In this document: positions 19,356 to 29,041 of the stretch, in pieces
Position numbering within the stretch: the first letter of the stretch is position 1
How the letters are laid out: the number at the start of each line of letters is the position of its first letter
Assembly (NCBI GenBank): GCA_041690135.1
Contig: JAWLHY010000006.1
Coordinates: forward strand, 358,337-422,336
Direction: 5' to 3'
DNA from: Armatimonadota bacterium
GTDB lineage: Bacteria > Armatimonadota > SYMT01
DNA length: 64,000 nucleotides
Notes under the pieces: model-generated
What the model was told of the DNA's origin: nothing
Seen by the model: only the letters and a program-made list of their open reading frames with translations
The model's database searches: none
Translations under genes and position numbers: made by a program

Positions 19356-20431
19356 CCGCCGTCCTGCGAGAACACGCCGAGTCCCAATTCGCCGAAGAGT
19401 TGCACGAGCTGGCACGCCATGATACCCGCACCCGGCCGCCGAACTGGAAACTGTCTCCTTGGGCCGTGTCCACCTATCTGCTCGGCGGGACACTGGAGAA
19501 CGGGTTCGAGGTATCGCGGAAGTACTTCGGCAGCGCCCGTCTGATGCAGATCGCGGTGGCCACCCTCACGACCGACCGCGCCCTCCTGCTCCTCGGTGTG
19601 CCGGGAGTGGCCAAGTCGTGGGTGTCGGAGCACCTGGCCGCCGCCGTCTCGGGAGATTCAACCCTCATCGTTCAGGGCACGGCCGGCACCAGCGAGGAGG
19701 CGATCCGCTATGGTTGGAACTACGCCCGGCTGCTGGCGGAAGGTCCTTCGCGGCAGGCACTGGTCCCCAGCCCGGTGATGCGCGCCATGGAGGAGGGCAA
19801 GATCACCCGCGTCGAGGAGTTGACCCGGATCCCCTCCGACGTCCAGGACTCGCTGATCACCGTGCTATCCGAAAAGGCGCTCCCCATCCCCGAATTGAAC
19901 GACGAGGTTCAAGCTACCCGCGGGTTCAACGTGATTGCCACGGCCAACAACCGCGACCGGGGCGTCAACGAGCTCTCGAGCGCCCTCAAGCGACGCTTCA
20001 ATACCGTGGTACTTCCGCTGCCGGAGAGCGTCGACGAGGAAGTGGAGATTGTCAGAACACGTGTCGAAAGCCTTGGGCGCACCCTCCAGTTGCCCGCCGA
20101 GCCGCCGGCCCTGGAGGAAATCCGCAAGGTGGTGACCATCTTCCGAGAACTGCGCGGCGGCGCCACCACCGACGGGAAGACCAAGGTCAAGACCCCCACC
20201 GGCACCCTCAGCACCGCGGAGGCGATTTCGGTCATCAACAACGGTCTCGCCCTCGCCGGCCACTTCGGAGACGGTCGGCTCCGTGCCGCCGACCTCGCTT
20301 CCGGCCTCCTCGGAGCCGTGGTTCAGGACCCGGTCCAGGACCGGGTCGTCTGGCTGGAATACCTGGAAACGGTGGTGAAAGAGCGGGAGGGCTGGCGGGA
20401 CGTGTACCGGGCGTGCCGGGAAGTGAGCTGA
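19352..20431 (+). CDS. MoxR-family AAA+ ATPase (YehL-like)
   Basis: Walker A GVPGVAKS, EELTR, ANNRDRGVNELSSALKRRF. Confidence 0.92.
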   Translation: MTAVLREHAESQFAEELHELARHDTRTRPPNWKLSPWAVSTYLLGGTLENGFEVSRKYFGSARLMQIAVATLTTDRALLLLGVPGVAKSWVSEHLAAAVSGDSTLIVQGTAGTSEEAIRYGWNYARLLAEGPSRQALVPSPVMRAMEEGKITRVEELTRIPSDVQDSLITVLSEKALPIPELNDEVQATRGFNVIATANNRDRGVNELSSALKRRFNTVVLPLPESVDEEVEIVRTRVESLGRTLQLPAEPPALEEIRKVVTIFRELRGGATTDGKTKVKTPTGTLSTAEAISVINNGLALAGHFGDGRLRAADLASGLLGAVVQDPVQDRVVWLEYLETVVKEREGWRDVYRACREVS

Positions 20432-20432
20432 G

Positions 20433-22739
20433 ATGCCGCGCCACCACGTCTTCGGGATCCGCCATCACGGACCCGGCTCGGCCCGCTCGGTCCGACGGGC
20501 GCTCGAGGAGCTCGGCCCCGATGTCATCCTGGTGGAAGGGCCCCCGGACGGCGAGGAGGTGCTGCCCCTCCTCGCGCATGCCGAGATGCAGCCACCGGTG
20601 GCCCTGCTCGTTTACGTTCCGGATCAGCCCCAACGCGCCGTCTACTACCCGTTCGCCGCCTTCTCTCCGGAATGGCAGGCGATCCACTTCGGGCTCTCCC
20701 ACGGGATCCCCGTGCGGTTCATGGATCTGCCCCAGGCGCATCGCCTCGCCCTGGAAGGGGAGCAAAGGGCGGGGAACCGGGAGCCATTGACAATTGACAA
20801 TTGTCAATTGTCAATTGTCAATTCGGGTCCGTATCGCGACCCCGAGGAAGCGCAAACCGCTTCTGCCTTTGCCGCAGATCCGCTGGGGGCGCTGGCGGAG
20901 GCGGCGGGCTACAGCGACGGGGAGAGCTGGTGGGAGCACATGGTGGAACACCGGCGCGACGGTACGGGGTTGTTTGCCGGAATCCTGGAGGCGATGACGG
21001 CGCTGCGAAGCTCTTTGCAGGGTGAGAACCCCGATCCTGAGGAGACACGGCTGGAGAGCCTGCGGGAAGCCTGGATGCGGCAGAGCGTGCGAGCGGCGCG
21101 GCGAGAAGGCTTCGAACGGATCGCCGTGATCTGCGGTGCGTGGCACGCCCCGGCGCTGGCGGATTTGCCGCCGGCCAGGGCGGACGCGGACCTGCTGAAG
21201 GGACTGCCAAAGGTCCGGGTGCAGGCGACCTGGGTACCGTGGACCCACGGCCGCCTCTGCACCGCCAGTGGCTACGGCGCGGGCGTGACCTCGCCCGGCT
21301 GGTATCACCATCTCTGGTCCTACGGCGGGAACGGCGCCACTGCCACCGACCTGGCCATCCGGTGGATGACTCGGGTCGCCCGGCTGCTGCGCGACGAGGA
21401 TCTGGATGCCTCTTCCGCACACGTGATTGAGGCGGTACGGCTGGCGGAGGCCCTCGCGGCGCTTCGCGACCGTCCGCTCCCGGGTCTCCCGGAGCTCAAC
21501 GAGGCGGCGTCCACCGTCCTATGCTTCGGCTCGGATGTACCGATGCGCCTCATCCACGAGCGCCTGGTCGTGGGGGAGAGGCTGGGGCGCGTGCCGGACG
21601 AGACCCCGATGGTCCCCCTCCAGCAGGACCTCCTCCGGGAGCAGCGTCGCCTGCGGCTGCCCGTGGAGGCCGCGCACCGCGACCTGGACCTGGACCTGCG
21701 AAAGCCCAACGACCTGGACCGCAGCCGGCTGCTCCACCGCCTGCGCCTGCTCGGGATCCCGTGGGGCGATCCGCAGCGGGCCCACGGAAAGAGCGGGACC
21801 TTCCACGAGTTGTGGCGTCTGCAGTGGAAGCCGGAGCTGGCGGTAGCGATCATCGAGGCGGCAGTGTGGGGCAACACGGTCCCGGAGGCGGCCGGCGCCC
21901 GCGTGCGGCACCGGGCGGACCACGCGGAGACCCTACCGGAGTTGACCGCCCTGGTGGATGCCACACTACTCTCGGATCTGCCCGACGCCATCGAGTATTT
22001 GATGGAACGGGTGCAGGCGGAAGCGGCGGTGGCCAGCGATATGGGGCACTTGATGGACGCTCTTCCCCCATTGGCGAACGTGTTCCGATACGGCAACGTG
22101 CGCCGCACGGACTCCGATATGCTGGGACACGTGATCGAAGGCCTGGTCACCCGCATCTGTATCGGGCTGCCGGGGGCGTGCGCTTCCCTCAACGATGATG
22201 CCGCGCGCGAAATGCTGCAACGACTGGCGCGGGTTCACGACTCGGTAACCCTGCTCCAGGATGAAGCGCAGCGCGCCCGGTGGCAAGCAACTCTCTACCG
22301 ACTGCTGGACCTTCCGGGCCTGCATGGTCTCCTGGCGGGGCGGTCCTGTCGCCTGTTGCTCGATACCCGAGCCCTCGATCCCGAGGAGGCAGCCCGGCGC
22401 ATGGGACTGGCCCTCTCACGCGCGGTCGAACCGGCCCACGCCGCCACCTGGGTCGAGGGTTTTCTCGCGGGGAGCGGTATGGTGCTTCTCCACGACGCCG
22501 GGTTGTGGGCGCTCCTGGACCGGTGGATCTCGGAATTGCCACGGAGCACCTTTGACGAGCTGCTCCCGCTACTGCGGCGCACTTTCTCCACTTTCTCCAC
22601 CGGTGAGCGGCGTGGTATGGGAGAGCTGGCGCGCCGGGGGCCCCGAGCCCAGGGCACTCTCGCGCCCGCGGAAGAAGATCTCGACCTGGCCCGCGCGGAA
22701 GCTGTTCTGCCCCTCCTCTCTCGCCTGTTGGGAGTCTGA
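20433..22739 (+). CDS. DUF5682 family protein (YehM-like)
   Basis: GIRHHGPGSAR, EGPPD, FSPEWQA, CGAWH and SGYGAG motifs. Confidence 0.88.
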   Translation: MPRHHVFGIRHHGPGSARSVRRALEELGPDVILVEGPPDGEEVLPLLAHAEMQPPVALLVYVPDQPQRAVYYPFAAFSPEWQAIHFGLSHGIPVRFMDLPQAHRLALEGEQRAGNREPLTIDNCQLSIVNSGPYRDPEEAQTASAFAADPLGALAEAAGYSDGESWWEHMVEHRRDGTGLFAGILEAMTALRSSLQGENPDPEETRLESLREAWMRQSVRAARREGFERIAVICGAWHAPALADLPPARADADLLKGLPKVRVQATWVPWTHGRLCTASGYGAGVTSPGWYHHLWSYGGNGATATDLAIRWMTRVARLLRDEDLDASSAHVIEAVRLAEALAALRDRPLPGLPELNEAASTVLCFGSDVPMRLIHERLVVGERLGRVPDETPMVPLQQDLLREQRRLRLPVEAAHRDLDLDLRKPNDLDRSRLLHRLRLLGIPWGDPQRAHGKSGTFHELWRLQWKPELAVAIIEAAVWGNTVPEAAGARVRHRADHAETLPELTALVDATLLSDLPDAIEYLMERVQAEAAVASDMGHLMDALPPLANVFRYGNVRRTDSDMLGHVIEGLVTRICIGLPGACASLNDDAAREMLQRLARVHDSVTLLQDEAQRARWQATLYRLLDLPGLHGLLAGRSCRLLLDTRALDPEEAARRMGLALSRAVEPAHAATWVEGFLAGSGMVLLHDAGLWALLDRWISELPRSTFDELLPLLRRTFSTFSTGERRGMGELARRGPRAQGTLAPAEEDLDLARAEAVLPLLSRLLGV
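20786..20823. repeat. AT-rich heptamer palindrome inside the DUF5682 CDS
   Basis: (ATTGACA)2(ATTGTCA)3ATT; 20786-20815 is a perfect 30-bp palindrome. Confidence 0.9.
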
Positions 22740-22742
22740 ACG

Positions 22743-23924
22743 ATGAGCCTGCACACGGAAGATGAACGACTGCGACGCTGGCGCCTGGTACTGGGGGGAG
22801 AGTCGGCGGACGGAACCGGCTGCACGCTGCAAGGGGATGACCTCGCCATCGACCGTGCCCTATCGGCCCTGTATGACGCCGAGAAGGGACCCGGCAGTCT
22901 GAGCGGGAGTGCTCCGAAGGTCGCTCGCTGGCTCGGTGACATCCGCACCTATTTCCCGTCGTCCGTCGTCCGGGTGATGCAGCAGGACGCGCTGGAGCGG
23001 CTCGACCTCAAGCGGATGCTCCTGGAGCCGGAGATGCTGGAAGCAGTTGAACCGGATGTGCATCTCGTCGCCAACCTGGTCTCGCTCAGCAGCGTCATTC
23101 CGGAGCGCACGAAAGAGACCGCGCGGCAGGTGGTCCGCAAGGTAGTCGAGGATCTCCAGCGGCGGCTGGCGGAGCCGATGCGGCAGGCGGTGATGGGCAG
23201 CCTGAACCGGGCGGTACGCAACCGGCGGCCTCGACATTCCGAGATCGACTGGCACCGCACCCTCCGCGCAAACCTGAAGCACTATCAGCCGGATTACCGG
23301 ACCGTTATTCCACACACCCGGATCGGCTTCGGTCGCAAACGCTCTGCTCTCCGCGACGTGGTCCTCTGCGTGGACCAGAGCGGCTCCATGGCCACTTCGG
23401 TAGTGTATGCCGGCGTGTTCGGCGCGGTGATGGCTTCTCTCCCGGCCCTCGCCACCCGCGTCGTGGTGTTCGACACCGCGGTGGTGGACCTGACCGCCGA
23501 ACTGCACGACCCCGTCGAACTGCTGTTCGGGACCCAACTCGGCGGCGGCACTGATATCGCGCCGGCGCTGGCCTATTGCCAGGAACTGGTCCGCCGGCCC
23601 GAGGAGACGATCCTGGTACTGATTAGTGATCTCTACGATGGCGGGGCGCCCGGCAAGATGCTGGAACGCGTGCACGCGCTCGCAAGCGCCGGCGTGCAGG
23701 TCATCACTCTGCTGGCCCTCAGCGACGACGGGGCGCCGAGTTACGACCACCGCCACGCGGCCGCGCTCGCCGGGATGGACGTGCCCGTCTTCGCCTGCAC
23801 CCCGGACCTCTTCCCCGAGTTGATGGCCGCGGCCATCCATCGCCAGGACCTGACCCAGTGGGCCGCGGCCCGCGGCATCGTCACCGCCCGGGGTGGGCAA
23901 GAGGACTCGCGGGTTACCCTGTAG
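22743..23924 (+). CDS. VWA domain protein (YehP/CoxE-like)
   Basis: RRWRLVLG, MIDAS DQSGSM, GGGTDI and ISDLYDG. Confidence 0.9.
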   Translation: MSLHTEDERLRRWRLVLGGESADGTGCTLQGDDLAIDRALSALYDAEKGPGSLSGSAPKVARWLGDIRTYFPSSVVRVMQQDALERLDLKRMLLEPEMLEAVEPDVHLVANLVSLSSVIPERTKETARQVVRKVVEDLQRRLAEPMRQAVMGSLNRAVRNRRPRHSEIDWHRTLRANLKHYQPDYRTVIPHTRIGFGRKRSALRDVVLCVDQSGSMATSVVYAGVFGAVMASLPALATRVVVFDTAVVDLTAELHDPVELLFGTQLGGGTDIAPALAYCQELVRRPEETILVLISDLYDGGAPGKMLERVHALASAGVQVITLLALSDDGAPSYDHRHAAALAGMDVPVFACTPDLFPELMAAAIHRQDLTQWAAARGIVTARGGQEDSRVTL

Positions 23925-24061
23925 ATATCTTCCTACTTCTGCATCCGCCGCACCTTCCCATGCCGTACCTGGGCCGGATGGACCGCTATAATAGTGCCGG
24001 ACCGGGAGCCTCCAACGGCGCTAATCCCTGTGATGGTGAAATAGACGGAAGTGAGTGGACG

Positions 24062-25195
24062 ATGAAAGCAAGATCCGGAAAAGCGGCGGTATACCTCCTG
24101 GTAGCGGTGGTCGGCGGCCTCGTGGGCGGGGTGGCGAGCCGAGCACTTGATCGCGGGACAGCGGGGCTGCGCCCGGCCGGGTCGGTACGTCCGTTCACGG
24201 AAGTCGTGGAGAGCGGACAGCCTGCGGTTATGGGTGAAACCGTGGTCCAGGTCGCCCGCAGTGTAGGGCCCGCCGTGGTGAGCATCGACACGGTCTCTCG
24301 CGCCGAAGGTCCGGGATTCTTCTTCGGTGGCCCGCAGGAGCGCGAGGGACAGGGTTCCGGCTTCGTCATCAACGGCCGGGAGCGCCTCGTCGTCACGAAT
24401 AACCACGTCATCGAGGGGGCGCAGCGAATCCGCGTGAACTTCGCGGACGGCCGCTCCTTCGCGGCGCAGGTCGTAGGACGAGACGCCATCGGCGACATCG
24501 CACTCCTGCGCATCGAAGGAGAGGGGGAACTGCCCGAGATCAAGTTCGGCGACTCGGACAAGCTGGAGATCGGCCAGATCACCGTAGCGATCGGCAATCC
24601 TCTCGGCCTGGAACACACCGTCACCCAGGGCGTGCTGAGCGCCATCGGCCGCCAGTTGGACGGGCACGTGCAGGGCATCCCGCTGGATGACCTGATCCAG
24701 ACAGATGCGGCCATCAACCCCGGCAACAGCGGTGGTCCTCTGCTGGATGCCTACGGCCGCGTCATCGGCATGAACACCGCCATCATTTCCCAGGCCCAGG
24801 GCATCGGTTTTGCCGTGGCCGCCAACCGCATCAAGCGAGCGGTGACGGACATCCTTGAGTACGGGCGCGTGGTCCGACCGTGGGTCGGCGTCTCCATGGC
24901 CGACCTGACGCCGGAAATCGCGACCCAACTCGGGGTCACTCCGGCCGACCGGGAGGGCGTTGTCCTCGCGAACGTGCGCTCCGGAGAGCCGGCGGCCAAG
25001 GCAGGGATGCGGATGGGTGACGTGATCACCGAGGCAAACGGGCGCCAGATCAAGAACAGCGAAGACCTGCGTGCCGTAATCCAGGGACTGAAGCCGGGAG
25101 CGCAGCTCACGCTGCTGGGTTACCGGGGTAATCAGGAAATGACCTGGACACTATCCGTGGGCGAGATGCCACCGCCGGAACGACTGGGCCAGTGA
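24062..25195 (+). CDS. htrA: HtrA/DegP-family serine protease with one PDZ domain
   Basis: TNNHV, DIALL and TDAAINPGNSGGPL; N-terminal TM helix; TATAAT upstream near 23987. Confidence 0.9.
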   Translation: MKARSGKAAVYLLVAVVGGLVGGVASRALDRGTAGLRPAGSVRPFTEVVESGQPAVMGETVVQVARSVGPAVVSIDTVSRAEGPGFFFGGPQEREGQGSGFVINGRERLVVTNNHVIEGAQRIRVNFADGRSFAAQVVGRDAIGDIALLRIEGEGELPEIKFGDSDKLEIGQITVAIGNPLGLEHTVTQGVLSAIGRQLDGHVQGIPLDDLIQTDAAINPGNSGGPLLDAYGRVIGMNTAIISQAQGIGFAVAANRIKRAVTDILEYGRVVRPWVGVSMADLTPEIATQLGVTPADREGVVLANVRSGEPAAKAGMRMGDVITEANGRQIKNSEDLRAVIQGLKPGAQLTLLGYRGNQEMTWTLSVGEMPPPERLGQ

Positions 25196-25282
25196 TTCTG
25201 GAATTGCAAATTGAGAATTGGAGATTGCAAATAGCAAATTGGAACCCGGAGAGGGCACCGGGCATTGCAGGTTGCAGATTGC
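25196..25282. repeat. Degenerate heptamer repeats (ATTGCAA-like) between convergent genes
   Basis: ATTGCAA ATTGAGA ATTGGAG ATTGCAA ATAGCAA ATTGGAA ... ATTGCAG GTTGCAG ATTGCG. Confidence 0.7.
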
Positions 25283-25307
25283 GGGAAAGCTCTGGGGCTT
25301 TTGGTAG

Positions 25308-26699
25308 CTACGGTTCCCGTAGGACGTAGCGGGCCAGGTGAACCAGGGCGTTGATCCCGTCGTGATAGAGGGCGGACGCGGGCTCCTGTGCTTTGCCGGC
25401 GTGCGTGATGCGGGTCACGCCGGCTGCGGCCAGGAGATCGCTCAACCTTTCTCGACGCGGGGACGTTGCTTCCAGGGCCGCGGAGATCAACACGCCGCGC
25501 CAGGATGCGAGGTGCGCAGCCACCTCTTCTGCATCTTCGAGGGGGCGGAGGATCGCCGTGCGGTTCAGGGGAGAGGGGAAAAGGCCCGGCTCCGGTTCAA
25601 CCACAACGGTCCAGGCGGTGCCTGGATCGCTGGCGTAGTAGCGGTACCGTTCGTCCGCTAGAGCCCGCATCTCCACTCCCGCCCGGTACTGATGGATGGC
25701 CGCCGCTTCATCCGTATCCAGCTTCCGCCGTGGGATCTCCCCCGCCAACTTCTCGAACGCCTCGGCCAGCGCCTCGGCGAACCTCTCCGGACTCACTTCC
25801 CCGCCGCGCTCGATGAACACCGCTTGTGGGGAGAGGCACCCCTGCTGATCGAAGAGACAGTAGTCCATCGCCACCGCCTGGGCCAGGCTGGAGAGGTCTG
25901 CCTCACCCAGCACTTCTCGCGTCAGGAGGGTGAAGCTGAGGCGATGGCCATACCCCACGAAGCGGGTGTGGGGCCGAAGTCGCGCGCGCACCGACGCGAG
26001 CGCCGGGTCGCTCCCGTAAACCACGACCGCGTCGGCCGCATCAAACACCTTCGCTTCGATGGCGGTGTCTCCCCCATCCCAGCCGGTCACGGCGAGACCG
26101 GCGGCAAGCTCCGGATCGATTTCCGCCAGGGAGCGGGCGTAGAGGGGCAGGAGGACCGGCTCCTCACCACTGGTTTTGACCAGGAGTGGCGACTTGAGCA
26201 GCAGGAACTGCACCAGCGACGGCAGTGCCGCGCCGGGAATGTTGCCGCTGGCAATCAGTACTCCCAGCGAAGGACCGAAGACGCTCAGGTCGCCTCGTGG
26301 CACGGTCGTGAACCCGTCGAGGGCCGTGGGAAGAATGCCCGCCGCGTGGAACCATCCCTCCAGTTCCCGGCGATCGAGACTGGCGAACAACTGGCGGAGC
26401 GAGGCGTCGATGGAAGCGCGAGCGTAGCCCGTCGCCGCGTGGAGGGCCTCCACAGCTTCCCCTCGCAGTCTGCTTCCCGTCTTGGCCCACCTGCGATGGA
26501 GCGTATCCAGGCAAGCCAGGATCCTCTCTCGCGAGCAGGCTTGCAGTACCGGCCCCCGCGCCGCCAGTTCGGCGACAATGCGAGAGGCAAACTCCGGCGT
26601 CACGGTGGTGCGAAGATAACGGTAGCCGGTCCGGGTGACCCCCTCCGCGGGCGGGTTGCCGGGATCGAGTGAGGGTGGAAAGTACTGGGCGAGGAGCAT
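25308..26699 (-). CDS. luxC: LuxC-like acyl-CoA/acyl-protein reductase
   Basis: ASGNIPG, VVYGSD, GYGHRLSF and catalytic-Cys motif FDQQGCLSPQ. Confidence 0.85.
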   Translation of the reverse strand: MLLAQYFPPSLDPGNPPAEGVTRTGYRYLRTTVTPEFASRIVAELAARGPVLQACSRERILACLDTLHRRWAKTGSRLRGEAVEALHAATGYARASIDASLRQLFASLDRRELEGWFHAAGILPTALDGFTTVPRGDLSVFGPSLGVLIASGNIPGAALPSLVQFLLLKSPLLVKTSGEEPVLLPLYARSLAEIDPELAAGLAVTGWDGGDTAIEAKVFDAADAVVVYGSDPALASVRARLRPHTRFVGYGHRLSFTLLTREVLGEADLSSLAQAVAMDYCLFDQQGCLSPQAVFIERGGEVSPERFAEALAEAFEKLAGEIPRRKLDTDEAAAIHQYRAGVEMRALADERYRYYASDPGTAWTVVVEPEPGLFPSPLNRTAILRPLEDAEEVAAHLASWRGVLISAALEATSPRRERLSDLLAAAGVTRITHAGKAQEPASALYHDGINALVHLARYVLREP

Positions 26700-26720
26700 C
26701 CGGGAACCTCTTGCGGCGCA

Positions 26721-27830
26721 TCAGCGGGAAGCCAGGAACTCCTCGACTGCCAAGGAGCAGCCGCGGGGCTCGGCTCCGGAAGCCCGTCCGAGCACCTCAA
26801 AACCCTCTCCCCGGGCGACGCCCAGGTCATCCGTCTGAATGGCGGCCACGGTGTGGAGGTTGGCGAGATCATGGTGCCGCAGCAGGCCCACTTCCCCATC
26901 CGGCAGCGGTTGCAGGGTATCGGCGTCGACCACCTGGGTCCGGACCCACGGGGGCGGGATCTTCACGCGCCCCTCAACCGGGGGGATTGGTTCTCCACGC
27001 AGGCTGTCCCGGAGCACCTCATCGTAGAACTGGCTGCCCATTTCGGTCATTCCATATTCGTTGACGACGTGGCTTTCCGGCACTCCCAGGGCGGCGGAAT
27101 ACAGGCCGTACAACTCCACTTTAGGCACTTCCCGCGAGCGGCCCTTATAGCCTCCGGTATCCATGATCCGCGAGCCGGGCGGCAATTGGAAGCGGCGTCC
27201 TTCCCCTTCCAGCCAGTCCAGGAAATGCACGAAGCCGAAGGCGGTGCCCAGGAGGCAGACCGGTTCTCCTTCCGCCTCGGCCTTCTCCAGGGCGGCGGCG
27301 AGACAGCCGAACCGCGGCCCGGTGTCGGTCCAGAAGATCCCGCTTCCGGCCGTCCCGAACCGCTCCAGCACGCGGGAGTTCATGTGGCCGAGCGACGAGT
27401 GCGGATGGTACTTCGCCGAAGGACCCACGACGAGGACCCGGATCGTCTCTCGGTCCGGCAGGAGATGGGCCCGGAAGTTGGGCTCCAGCGAGGCATCGTA
27501 TAGCACGGTGTCCGGCAGCAGATGCCTCCCCCGCTTCTCCTCACCCCGCGTGGTCCCGCTGGTAATGTAGACGACCCTAACCGCTTCCGGAGCCACCGTG
27601 GTCAGGTCCGCTTCCTTGAAGGCGTTGGTAGGAAGCGCGGGAATCTGCCGCCAGTCCGAAACGGTCTCCGGCGTCCGGCGGCGGGCACGACAGTAGGCCG
27701 CGTAGGGACGGTTGTGAGCGAACTGGTGCGCAAACACCGTCAGCGCGAGCCGGTTGAACTCCGGCTCGGACGGCGGGCGGTCTACCCCCGCGGCCATCAC
27801 CGCGAGCAGCTCTTCGGCCAGGGCGCTCAT
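26721..27830 (-). CDS. luxE: LuxE-like acyl-protein synthetase
   Basis: TSGTT, MDTGGYKGRSRE, EYGMTE, IQTDDLG and C-terminal RGCS. Confidence 0.85.
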   Translation of the reverse strand: MSALAEELLAVMAAGVDRPPSEPEFNRLALTVFAHQFAHNRPYAAYCRARRRTPETVSDWRQIPALPTNAFKEADLTTVAPEAVRVVYITSGTTRGEEKRGRHLLPDTVLYDASLEPNFRAHLLPDRETIRVLVVGPSAKYHPHSSLGHMNSRVLERFGTAGSGIFWTDTGPRFGCLAAALEKAEAEGEPVCLLGTAFGFVHFLDWLEGEGRRFQLPPGSRIMDTGGYKGRSREVPKVELYGLYSAALGVPESHVVNEYGMTEMGSQFYDEVLRDSLRGEPIPPVEGRVKIPPPWVRTQVVDADTLQPLPDGEVGLLRHHDLANLHTVAAIQTDDLGVARGEGFEVLGRASGAEPRGCSLAVEEFLASR

Positions 27831-29041
27831 GCCGGCGCTCCGCTGGCCGCCAGCGCCGTCTCCAATCCCCGGAGACCCCGCTCCAGCTCGTCTTCCCGGA
27901 GGTTCAACGGGGGGGCCAACCGCACGATGGTGTTGCTGTGGAGGGTCCAACCGACGATGACCCCCTCTTCGAAGGCGCGCCGGACGAAGCGGGCGGTCCG
28001 CTCCGGCGTGTCGAGCTCAAAACCGATGAGCATCCCCAGCCCTCGCACGTCGCGGACCCCACCGTGGGCTTCTCCGAAGGAACGCAGCGCGGCGCGGATC
28101 CTTTCTCCGGTCGCGGCGGCGCGGGCCGGGAGATCCTCTTCCAGGATGACCCGGAGCGAGGCTAGACCGGCGGCGCAGCAAACCGGGTGACCGCCGAACG
28201 TCGTCACGTGGGCCAACGGCGGATCATGGGAAAGGCACCGCATCAAGTCCGGCGCGCCGACAAAGGCGCCCAACGGCATGCCGCCGCCGAGGGCTTTCGC
28301 CAGCACCAGCACGTCGGGAACCACGTCCCAGTGTTCGCCGGCGATGAACCGACCGGTTCGCCCCATTCCGGTCTGGACCTCGTCGAAAATCAGGAGCGCC
28401 CCTACCTCGGAGCAGCGGCGACGCAGGGCCGGCAGCCACTCCGCCGGGGGGACCCGCACGCCGCCTTCTCCCTGGATCGGCTCCGTAATGACGCCGGCAA
28501 CCCGCTCGCCGATGCGTTCCAGAGCCCCCACTTCCCCAAAGGGTAGGAACTCCACCTCGGGCAAGAGCGGGAGGAACGGGTTGCGGTAGACCTCCCGACC
28601 GGTCACCGAAAGCGACCCCTGGGTGTCGCCGTGATAGCTGTTCTGAAAGGCCACCAACCGGGACCGGCCCGTGTACTTCTTGGCAAGCTTCAGAGCCCCT
28701 TCATTCGCTTCGGTGCCGCTGTTGGTGAAGTAGACGACGGAAAGCGGGTCCGGGAGGGCCTGCGACAGCAACTCCGCCAGGCGGACCTGCGGCTCCAGCA
28801 CGTACTCGCCGTAGACCATTGCGTGGAGGTACTTCCCCGCCTGCTCCCGGATCGCTTCCACCACCGCCGGGTGCGCGTGCCCAACGTTGTTGACACCGAT
28901 CCCGGCCAGGAAGTCGATGAACTCGCGGCCGTCCGCCGCACGCAGCGTGGCACTCTGCGCCGATTCGATCACCAGGCCCAGCGGCTCGTCCGACGTCTGG
29001 CAGACGTGGCGCTTGAATGGGTCCGTTAACTCGTGCTGCAT
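27827..29041 (-). CDS. Class-III PLP aminotransferase (ArgD-like)
   Basis: NSGTEANE, YHG, EPIQGEGG, DEVQTGMGRTG, LAKALGGG and TFGGHP. Confidence 0.9.
   Translation of the reverse strand: MQHELTDPFKRHVCQTSDEPLGLVIESAQSATLRAADGREFIDFLAGIGVNNVGHAHPAVVEAIREQAGKYLHAMVYGEYVLEPQVRLAELLSQALPDPLSVVYFTNSGTEANEGALKLAKKYTGRSRLVAFQNSYHGDTQGSLSVTGREVYRNPFLPLLPEVEFLPFGEVGALERIGERVAGVITEPIQGEGGVRVPPAEWLPALRRRCSEVGALLIFDEVQTGMGRTGRFIAGEHWDVVPDVLVLAKALGGGMPLGAFVGAPDLMRCLSHDPPLAHVTTFGGHPVCCAAGLASLRVILEEDLPARAAATGERIRAALRSFGEAHGGVRDVRGLGMLIGFELDTPERTARFVRRAFEEGVIVGWTLHSNTIVRLAPPLNLREDELERGLRGLETALAASGAPA

Noticed and set aside
25308-27830. Bioluminescence (lux) operon
   Set aside because: No luxA, luxB, luxD or luxG in the window; only the reductase and synthetase homologs.
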